Assembly: GCA_031370645.1 (NCBI GenBank)
Contig: JANMQV010000043.1
Location: forward strand, 1 to 23,781
DNA: 23,781 nt
Source of the DNA: Candidatus Eiseniibacteriota bacterium
Lineage (GTDB): Bacteria > Eisenbacteria > RBG-16-71-46 > SZUA-252
Direction of reading: 5' to 3'
The position numbers were made by a program, and so were the translations under genes. The notes under the pieces are model-generated. The model was not told the origin of the DNA, did no database searches, and saw only the letters and a program-made list of their open reading frames with translations. Shown here one piece after another: positions 17,175-23,781 of this stretch; positions within the stretch are counted from its first letter, which is position 1, and every line of letters begins with the position of its first letter.

Positions 17175-19092
17175 GGCCGGGGGCGCCGCGAAGGGCCTTG
17201 CCCCTCGCGCTCCGCGCATCCCCAAGGCGGGCGGCACCGCGGGTATCTCGCCGGGGCGCTTTCGCAATCTCCTCCTTCTTCTCGGCGTGACCGCGTTCGT
17301 GCTTCGGATAGTCTATCTCTCCGGCGCGATGCAGAGCCCGCTCTACCAACACCCCGCGCTCGACGGCCGGATCAACGATGAAGCGGGATGGGCGGTGGCT
17401 CGCGGGCTTCCCGAGCCGGGCGTCGTGGCGAGTGGCGCGGGCGCCGGTGGTGAACCCCAACCCTACTTCCGACCTCCGGGGTACGCTCGCTTTCTTGGCG
17501 GTGTGTACGGAGTCGTCGGGCACAATCTGCACGTCGCCCGTGTGGCGCAGGCGGGCCTCAGCGCGATCACGGCACTTCTGCTGGGATTGTTGGCCGCGTC
17601 GCTTTGGGATCGCCGCGTTGGGGTGGTGGCGGCGCTTCTCGCGGCCATCTACGGCCCTTCGATCTACTTCGACGGGGAGCTCGTCTCGGCGTCGCTCGAG
17701 TTGGCGTTGGCGTCGTGCGCGCTTTGGTTGCTGGTGGAGGGAGAGAAGCGGCGATCCGATTTGTGGCTCGGTGGTGCGGGATTGGCGCTCTCGCTGGCGG
17801 CGGTGACGCGGCCGACGGTGATTCCGTTCCTGCTTCTTGCCGCGGCTTGGCTGACGTGGCGCCGGACCCCGGCGCGCGCGGTGGCGGTCTTCGCGGCCCT
17901 GGCCCTTTCCCTCCCCGTGGCCGCGACACTTCGAAACGCGATCGTGGCCCACGACCCCGTCATCATCGCGTCGCAAGGCGGGATCAACTTCTACATTGGA
18001 AATCACGCGCGCGCCGACGGCACCACGCCGGACGTTCCAGGACTCGGGTCCGGTGTGACCGCCACCTACGAAGCGCCATTCCGAGAGGCCTCACGACTGG
18101 TTGGGCGCCCGCTCCGAGCGTCGGAAGTCTCGCGCTATTGGTTTTCGCAGGGACTTCAATTTTGGCGCGCCGATCTTCCCGCCGCCGCGTGGCTCTACGC
18201 GCGCAAAGTGGCGATGGTCTGGAACCGCCGGGAACTTCCGAACACACAGGACCAAGCGTTTTTTGCGCCGTTTCATTCGTGGCTCTTCCGTGGTCCGTGG
18301 CTTTCCGGATTCGCGCTTCTCGCGCCGATCGCGCTCGTGGCGGCGTGGTTCGAGCGAAAACGGGCGGGGTTATTGATTCTGTACGGCGTGTTGCTGACCG
18401 CGGTGACGGCGGCTTTCTTCGTCTGCGATCGCTTCCGGTTGCCCCTGGGCGCGGTGGTGGTGCCGTTCGCGAGTCGCGGCATGGTTGGAGCATGGGATTG
18501 GTGGCGCGCACGCGGTGTCGGGCGCGAAGGCGCTGGGTCGGTGCCGAGGTTGGTGGCCGCCGTCGTGCTCCTGGCTGCGGCGTTCGCGTTCGTTTGGTTG
18601 CCATTCCCGCGCTGGCAGAAGTCGGAGGAGGGGATGTCGCGATTCCGCCTCGCTTCGGCATACGAGCAGGCCGGAGACAGTCGAGAAGCCGCGCGAAACT
18701 ACCTCCTTGCCGAACGGGCGGGGCTAGAAACTCCGGAGTTCTTCAACAACTACGGACTCGTAGCACTTCGCGAGGGAGACCTCGCCACGGCCGGAGAGCG
18801 TTTCCGGCGCGCGATCGCGCTCGAGCCCTCACATGGCCCCGCCCTCGCCAATCTCGCCGAGGTCTACATGCAGCAGGGAGCGTGGGAAGCAGCGGCAGGC
18901 GCGTATAGCTCTGCCGCGGGCGCGATCCCCGAGCGGGCGCCTGAATTGCTGACGAACGCGGGGATCCTATTTCAACGCGCCGGGAAGGTGGATGCGGCGC
19001 GGATGGCCTTGAACGGCGCGCTCTCGGCGCGTCCGGGATTCGAGCCGGCCATCGCGGCGCTTCGTTCGTTGGGGCCGGAGCCGATTCAATAG
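17152..19092 (+). CDS. GT-C fold (ArnT/PMT-like, GT39/GT83-type) membrane glycosyltransferase with C-terminal TPR repeats
   Basis: Many transmembrane segments, with 'ALDGRINDEAG', 'YFRPPGYARFL', 'GGINFYIGN' and 'DRFRLP'. TPR-like 'PEFFNNYGLVALREGDLATAGERFRRAIALEPSHGPALANLAEVY'. Confidence 0.75.
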   Translation: MSERAPRKAGGAAKGLAPRAPRIPKAGGTAGISPGRFRNLLLLLGVTAFVLRIVYLSGAMQSPLYQHPALDGRINDEAGWAVARGLPEPGVVASGAGAGGEPQPYFRPPGYARFLGGVYGVVGHNLHVARVAQAGLSAITALLLGLLAASLWDRRVGVVAALLAAIYGPSIYFDGELVSASLELALASCALWLLVEGEKRRSDLWLGGAGLALSLAAVTRPTVIPFLLLAAAWLTWRRTPARAVAVFAALALSLPVAATLRNAIVAHDPVIIASQGGINFYIGNHARADGTTPDVPGLGSGVTATYEAPFREASRLVGRPLRASEVSRYWFSQGLQFWRADLPAAAWLYARKVAMVWNRRELPNTQDQAFFAPFHSWLFRGPWLSGFALLAPIALVAAWFERKRAGLLILYGVLLTAVTAAFFVCDRFRLPLGAVVVPFASRGMVGAWDWWRARGVGREGAGSVPRLVAAVVLLAAAFAFVWLPFPRWQKSEEGMSRFRLASAYEQAGDSREAARNYLLAERAGLETPEFFNNYGLVALREGDLATAGERFRRAIALEPSHGPALANLAEVYMQQGAWEAAAGAYSSAAGAIPERAPELLTNAGILFQRAGKVDAARMALNGALSARPGFEPAIAALRSLGPEPIQ

Positions 19093-19164
19093 AGCGGTCG
19101 CGCCGTCGCACCAGGGGAATGGACCCAATCGTCGAACCGCAGCACGAGTGATTCAGGTCCGCGA

Positions 19165-22100
19165 CTACTCCACCCACCGCGCCAAGAACAAATTCGTCTC
19201 GTGCGAAGCCGGATCCGCCCGGTTCGACGACCACACAATCCACCGTCCATCCGGGCTGAAGTGCGGGAAGCCGTCGAAGCCCGGAGCCGTCGTGACCCGC
19301 TCCTGCTCGCCGCCCCGCTTGTCGATCATCCAGAGATCGAACTCCCGCGGGCTTGCCCCTTGGTTCGACGACCAGAGAATGTGATTTCCGTCGGCGAGGA
19401 AGGTGGGACAGAAGTTCGCGGCGCCGTTCTTCGTCAGTTGGCGCACATGGGTGCCGTCTTCCTTCATGACGAAGATCTCGAGCGCGCTCGGGTGGATGAG
19501 GTTCTTCCCGAGTAGGGTTCGGTATTCATCGAGCGCCTTGCCCTCGGGTCGGCTCGCGCGCCAGACGATCTCCGATCCATCGGGCGAGAAGAAGGCGCCA
19601 CCATCGTAGCCGGGCGTGTTCGTGATCCGCTTCACGCCGCCGGCTTCATCCATCTCATAGAGATCGAGATCGCCGTCTCGCATGGAGGTGAAGATGGCCT
19701 TTCCGCCGTGCGGGTTCCAGGTCACTTCGGCGTCGTAGCCGGGGGAGTCCATGATCCGCTTGAGGCCCGTGCCGTCGGGCTTCACTTCCCAAAGGTCGTA
19801 GGTCGGATAGATCGCCCAGACGTACCCCTGCGACATGTCCGGCGGCGATGGGCAGGAGTCGCCGCCGGCCGCGGTGGAGGCGAAGACGATGCGGTCCTGT
19901 TCGGGATAGTCGAAGTAGCCGCAGGTGGTGCGGCCCTTCCCGCTCGAGATCATCGTAACGGCGCCGTTTTCGAGATCCATCACGTACTGCTGATCGCACT
20001 TCGCGCCGCGCGGCGTGGCTTGGAACGTGATGTGCTTCCCGTCGGGCGCGAAGTAGGGCTCCGCGTTCTCGCCTCCGAACGTGAGTTGGCGGATGTCCTT
20101 GAAGTGCTTCTCTTCGGGAAACGTCTTCGTGAAGGGCTGGCCGGCTTTCGATGTCCAGTCGCGACCGGGACGTCCCTCGAAGAAGGGTGACAGCGCGGCG
20201 TGGCCGGAGTCGGGAGTGGACGCGCCGGGTGGCGGCATCGCGTGCGGATTCGCGGGATCGTTCGCGGCCGGCGCCGCCCGCGCCGCCGGCGTTGCAGGAG
20301 TCGCAACCGCAGGGGCGGGAGTAGACGCCACGCCGGGTGTTGCCGCGGCCGCTGCGCCCGGAGTCGCCGCCGTAGGCGAATGCGCCGCCGCCGCCCCCGG
20401 AGCCGCGCCACCCATCGCCCCTCGATCTCCGAGCGTGGCGTGGAAGGTCGCTTCCTTCCCGTCGCGAATCACCATCACATCCACCGTCTGGCCCGGCTTC
20501 TGATCCTGGAGCGCGTAAGACATGTCGTAGAGATTCGCGATCTTCGTGCCGGCGATCGTCATGATCCGATCGCCACCCTTGATTCCTGCGTGATCGGCCG
20601 GTCCACCGGGACGGACGTCGGAGAGCAACACGCCGCCCTCCGTCGATTCCATCGCGCGGAAGTCGGGGACCGTGCCGAGATAGGCGCCATAGCCGCGACT
20701 GTCGCCGGACATGGCGGGCGCCGCGTTGGCGCGCGCGTATACCGGCGAGGCGGCCGTCGCCGCGGTCGCCAGGTCGGCTGCGATCAAGGTGGTGAAGCGC
20801 GTCACCGCGGCGCCACCCACGGCGTTGATCAGCGGCGCGTCGTCATCGGGCGTGTGGTACTGCTCGTGCGTCCCGGTGAAGAGATGGAGCACCGGGATCC
20901 CTTTCGCGTAAAAACTCGTCTGATCGGAGGGGCCATATCCGTCGCCCCGCGCCACCACCTCGAGTTTCGTGACGGTGGCCGCTCGGTGAATGATGTCCTT
21001 CCACTCCTTCGCCGACTCCGCGCCGAGCGCGATCAAGGTGTCGCCGCGAAGCCGCCCCACCATGTCGAGGTTCACCATGGCGCGGACCGACGCGATGGGG
21101 AAGGGTGCGTGATCGACGAGGAACGCCGACCCGGCAAGCCCGACTTCCTCGCCGGAGAAGAGCATCACCGCGACCGCGCGGTGGTTGCTCACCTTCGCCA
21201 GGCGCTGCTTCAGCGCGGCGCCCGCCATCATCACCGCCACGGTGCCCGACGCGTTGTCGTCGGCGCCATTGTGAATCGCCGTTACGTTCGGGCGCATGGA
21301 GCCCTGGCCGCCATAGCCAAGATGATCGTAGTGGGCGCCGATCACGATGGTCTCGCTTCCGAGCGCGCCCTTTCCGGGAATGAGTCCCACGACGTTCTCG
21401 CCTTCCGCGTAGGTGGCGCGAAGTGCGACCGTGCCCGTCACCGTGACACCCGTGGTGGAACGAGAGCGGGGCGTCAGGTCGCGATCGACGTCCTTCTGAA
21501 ACGCGGCCAAGTCGATCCCCGCCTTTGAGAGCCAGCGCTGCGCGGCGGAGGTCTTCACCTGAATGACCGGCAATCCGGCGGGGCTCTCCGGTCCGTCGTT
21601 TTTGAGCGCGGGGACTTTGTCGTTCCCCTCGTCCTGGATCGGTCCGGTCACGAAGATCACGGCCGCGGCACCTCGTTCGCGCGCCTGCATCGCCTTATAG
21701 CGGAGCGCCGACCACCGGCTCGGGCGCTTGCCGTCGAAGGGCGAGGCGTCGTCCTTCTCCTGCGGCTCGTAGCGGAGGATGAGGACGACCTTTCCCTTCA
21801 AGTCGATGCCGGAATACTCCTGATACCCAATCGGCGCCGCTTCGATTCCGTAGCCGACGAACGCTAGGTCCCCGCTGAACGATCCGGGCGAGGAGAATCC
21901 GAGAGGGGACCATTCGTCTTCCTTGAGGCCCTCGATCGCGTTCCCCGCCAATTTCTCGACGCCGATCTTCACGGGGAATTTCTGGCGGTACGAGCGACCG
22001 AATGCTGGTGCAAGCCCCGCGGCCTTGAGGCGCTTCTCGATGTAGATCGTCGCGAGCCCGATTCCCTTCGTGCCGAGCCCCCGCCCTTCCATCTTGTCGT

Positions 22101-22266
22101 CGGCGAGGATCGTGACCGCCTCGAGATACGCTTTCGCCTCGCCGGTCAGGGTGGGGTCGGAGGTGGCGGGGGAGAGCGGCGCTGCACCGGATGCGCCAAG
22201 GGTTAGAAGAACGGCGAAGCACCCGGCAGCCGAGCGCCAAACGTTCGAGAAGGCCTTCCGAGACAT
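19165..22266 (-). CDS. Secreted M28 family peptidase with PA insert, PDZ domain, Ala/Pro/Thr linker and C-terminal TolB-like (PD40) beta-propeller
   Basis: Signal peptide. M28 motifs 'GAHYDHLG', 'GADDNASG', 'GEEVGL.GS', 'NLDMVG', 'SDQ', 'YHTPDD'. PA 'FVGYGI...DLKGKVV'. PDZ 'YLGTVPD...GIKGGDRI'. Repeats 'YFAPDGK', 'FFSPDGS', 'FSPDGRWIVWSSNR'. Confidence 0.9.
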   Translation of the reverse strand: MSRKAFSNVWRSAAGCFAVLLTLGASGAAPLSPATSDPTLTGEAKAYLEAVTILADDKMEGRGLGTKGIGLATIYIEKRLKAAGLAPAFGRSYRQKFPVKIGVEKLAGNAIEGLKEDEWSPLGFSSPGSFSGDLAFVGYGIEAAPIGYQEYSGIDLKGKVVLILRYEPQEKDDASPFDGKRPSRWSALRYKAMQARERGAAAVIFVTGPIQDEGNDKVPALKNDGPESPAGLPVIQVKTSAAQRWLSKAGIDLAAFQKDVDRDLTPRSRSTTGVTVTGTVALRATYAEGENVVGLIPGKGALGSETIVIGAHYDHLGYGGQGSMRPNVTAIHNGADDNASGTVAVMMAGAALKQRLAKVSNHRAVAVMLFSGEEVGLAGSAFLVDHAPFPIASVRAMVNLDMVGRLRGDTLIALGAESAKEWKDIIHRAATVTKLEVVARGDGYGPSDQTSFYAKGIPVLHLFTGTHEQYHTPDDDAPLINAVGGAAVTRFTTLIAADLATAATAASPVYARANAAPAMSGDSRGYGAYLGTVPDFRAMESTEGGVLLSDVRPGGPADHAGIKGGDRIMTIAGTKIANLYDMSYALQDQKPGQTVDVMVIRDGKEATFHATLGDRGAMGGAAPGAAAAHSPTAATPGAAAAATPGVASTPAPAVATPATPAARAAPAANDPANPHAMPPPGASTPDSGHAALSPFFEGRPGRDWTSKAGQPFTKTFPEEKHFKDIRQLTFGGENAEPYFAPDGKHITFQATPRGAKCDQQYVMDLENGAVTMISSGKGRTTCGYFDYPEQDRIVFASTAAGGDSCPSPPDMSQGYVWAIYPTYDLWEVKPDGTGLKRIMDSPGYDAEVTWNPHGGKAIFTSMRDGDLDLYEMDEAGGVKRITNTPGYDGGAFFSPDGSEIVWRASRPEGKALDEYRTLLGKNLIHPSALEIFVMKEDGTHVRQLTKNGAANFCPTFLADGNHILWSSNQGASPREFDLWMIDKRGGEQERVTTAPGFDGFPHFSPDGRWIVWSSNRADPASHETNLFLARWVE

Positions 22267-22310
22267 GGAGTTCTCCCTGGATCGGGGTTTCGAGAACAGA
22301 CGTTTTGCGC

Positions 22311-22339
22311 ATGCTAACAGGGGGCGATCAGGACGGGAA
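22311..22339 (-). promoter_or_regulatory. Sigma-70-type extended -10 promoter for the M28 fusion gene
   Basis: Minus strand TTCCCG (22339-22334), 17 nt, TAGCAT (22316-22311), preceded by TGn. GGGAG RBS at 22273-22277. Confidence 0.45.
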
Positions 22340-22369
22340 TGGTACGCTCGCGCCAGCCGATTTCTCCCC

Positions 22370-23014
22370 TCAGCGCCTGACGAACTTGAGGTGCGTCACT
22401 CCCGGTTGCGCGACGGTTCGTACCAGCTCCATCCCGTGCAGATCATCTCCGACGCCATCGAAGAGTCGCTCGCCGTTGCCGAGTAGCGTAGGAGCCAAAT
22501 TGATCTCCATCTCGTCCACGAGCCCGGCGTTCAGGTACTGCTGTGCGGCCTTGGCTCCGCCGGCCAGCGACACATCCTTGCCACCGGCCGCTCCCCGAGC
22601 GAGTTCGAGCGCGTGCTGCATGCCACCCGTGACGAAGGTGAATGTGGTACCGCCTTCGAGCGCCAAGGGCTCCCGTGCGTGGTGCGTGAGAACAAAAACC
22701 GGATGATGAAACGGCGGATTCTCACCCCACCATCCGTTCCAGGGACTCGCGGCGTTCCAGGGGCCGGGGTGGCCACCGAACATGTTCCGTCCCATGATCG
22801 TCGCCCCGATGTTGGCCATCGATTCCTCGACGACCCGCGTGCTTTCGTTCACTTCACCGCCTTCCTGCCCGTGCGCCGCGCGCCAGTACTTCAACGCGAG
22901 GACCCACTCGTGGAGACGCATGCCGCCGATGCCGAGCGGGTTTTCCACGCTCTGGCTCGGGCCCGCCACGAAGCCGTCGAGCGACATCGCGATCTTGAAC
23001 CGCAGCCTGGACAC
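22370..23014 (-). CDS. Dihydrofolate reductase family (RibD C-terminal domain) protein
   Basis: From GTG 23014: 'SRLRFKIAMSLDGFVAGP', 'GATIMGRNMF', 'PVFVLTH', 'DVSLAGGA', 'GLVDEM...PTLLGNGERLF'. Confidence 0.9.
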   Translation of the reverse strand: MSRLRFKIAMSLDGFVAGPSQSVENPLGIGGMRLHEWVLALKYWRAAHGQEGGEVNESTRVVEESMANIGATIMGRNMFGGHPGPWNAASPWNGWWGENPPFHHPVFVLTHHAREPLALEGGTTFTFVTGGMQHALELARGAAGGKDVSLAGGAKAAQQYLNAGLVDEMEINLAPTLLGNGERLFDGVGDDLHGMELVRTVAQPGVTHLKFVRR

Positions 23015-23027
23015 GCGGGGGCGGGCG

Positions 23028-23267
23028 CTACTCGATGCCGCTCCGGTCGGGGCCCTCGCCCCGGTCTTCGGGGCCCTTCGCGGGACCGGGCTCGTGGGTC
23101 GCCTTCGCAGCGTCGGTGGGGACCGTGGTCTGCGCCGCCGTGGTTCCGGGCGGGTAGGCGTCGCCCGCCGCCGGCTTGCCTGAGGGCGATCCGGGACGCT
23201 GGGGGTCGGTGGCCGAGTTGACGGCCAGGTTGCGCTCGGGGTCCGTGGAGTCGTTCCGCTTTGCCAT
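23028..23267 (-). CDS. Small hypothetical, probably disordered protein (79 aa)
   Basis: ATG 23267 with a perfect AGGAGG RBS (23275-23280). It fills the gap between the DHFR-like gene and scoA. Composition is Pro/Gly/Ala/Thr/charged. Confidence 0.6.
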   Translation of the reverse strand: MAKRNDSTDPERNLAVNSATDPQRPGSPSGKPAAGDAYPPGTTAAQTTVPTDAAKATHEPGPAKGPEDRGEGPDRSGIE

Positions 23268-23290
23268 GTGCGCGCCTCCTGCAACCAACT

Positions 23291-23296
23291 TATCAT
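23291..23296 (+). promoter_or_regulatory. -10 element positioned for a leaderless scoA transcript
   Basis: TATCAT lies 7 nt upstream of ATG 23304, with no clear SD sequence. Confidence 0.45.
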
Positions 23297-23303
23297 CGGG
23301 ACC

Positions 23304-23781
23304 ATGAAGAAGGTGGTGAAGGACGCGGCGGAAGCGGTCCGCGACATCCCGGACGGGGCGTCGGTGATGATCTCGGGCTTCGGCCTGTGCGGCCTGCCCG
23401 AGAACCTCATCGCCGCCCTGCGGGACCGCGGCTGCAAGGGCCTTACCGTCATCAGCAACAACGCGGGCACCAACGACTTCGGAATCACCTTCCTGCTGCA
23501 GAACAAGCAGGTGAAGAAGATGATCTCGACCTACGTCGGCGAGAACAAGGTCTTCGAGAAGATGGCGCTGGCGGGGGAGATCGAGGTCGAGCTCAACCCC
23601 CAGGGCACGTTCGCGGAGCGCATGCGGGCGGGCGGCGCGGGCATCCCCGCCTTCTACACCCCGACCGGGGTCGGCACCGTGATCGCGGAAGGCAAGGACG
23701 TGCGGGACTTCGGGGGCCGGCCCCATGTCATGGAGACCGCGCTCAAGGCCGACTTCGCGCTCATCAAGGCCTGGAAGGGCG
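23304..23781 (+). CDS. scoA: 3-oxoacid CoA-transferase subunit A (ScoA/AtoD/PcaI family), truncated by window edge
   Basis: Manual translation: [39 protein letters not shown]...ISNNAG...TYVGEN...[27 protein letters not shown]...[11 protein letters not shown]. Not in the ORF track because it has no stop in the window. Confidence 0.93.
   Translation, partial: MKKVVKDAAEAVRDIPDGASVMISGFGLCGLPENLIAALRDRGCKGLTVISNNAGTNDFGITFLLQNKQVKKMISTYVGENKVFEKMALAGEIEVELNPQGTFAERMRAGGAGIPAFYTPTGVGTVIAEGKDVRDFGGRPHVMETALKADFALIKAWKG

Noticed and set aside
20190-20415. Short GC-rich repeats as a possible CRISPR or tandem repeat array
   Set aside because: Degenerate in-frame Ala/Thr/Pro linker codons with no constant repeat-spacer period.
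22370-23506. 378-aa ORF as listed in the track
   Set aside because: Over-extended: DHFR-like similarity starts at GTG 23014, and the extension overlaps the small ORF and the antisense strand of scoA.
23304-23781. Very high third-position GC in scoA suggesting foreign DNA or a chimeric join
   Set aside because: ino1 is similarly biased, and no junction repeat or mobility gene is visible. Expression-related codon bias is a sufficient explanation.
1-23781. A novel multi-gene defence or mobile system
   Set aside because: All but two coding regions belong to recognisable housekeeping families. No nuclease, integrase, transposase, reverse transcriptase or toxin motifs were found.

Overview
A high-GC, gene-dense bacterial chromosomal segment that is almost entirely housekeeping. 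I see no mobile element, CRISPR array, tRNA or rRNA. Left part: a truncated 8-oxoguanine DNA glycosylase (-, absent from the ORF track), an unknown exported protein coupled to a YbbR/CdaR-type protein, a pyruvoyl-dependent arginine decarboxylase, a parvulin PPIase, an alkaline-phosphatase-superfamily metalloenzyme (-), an HU/IHF protein and a YugP-like zinc peptidase (-). Centre: a long co-oriented, often translationally coupled run ltaE-rsmI-PIP synthase-ino1-tmk-ctpA-dusB-larB-larC-fused ECF ATPase-GT-C/TPR. Right part: an M28-PA-PDZ-TolB-like fusion (-), a DHFR/RibD_C protein (-), a 79-aa disordered protein (-) and a truncated CoA-transferase subunit A. The strongest candidate for something undescribed is the 4491-4906 intergenic region. 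It holds a near-perfect sigma-54 promoter on the - strand, with AT-rich IHF-like and palindromic activator-like sites upstream. Its predicted +1 falls at the start of a ~97-nt RNA closed by an 18-bp stem. All calls come from reading motifs by eye; no searches were run.
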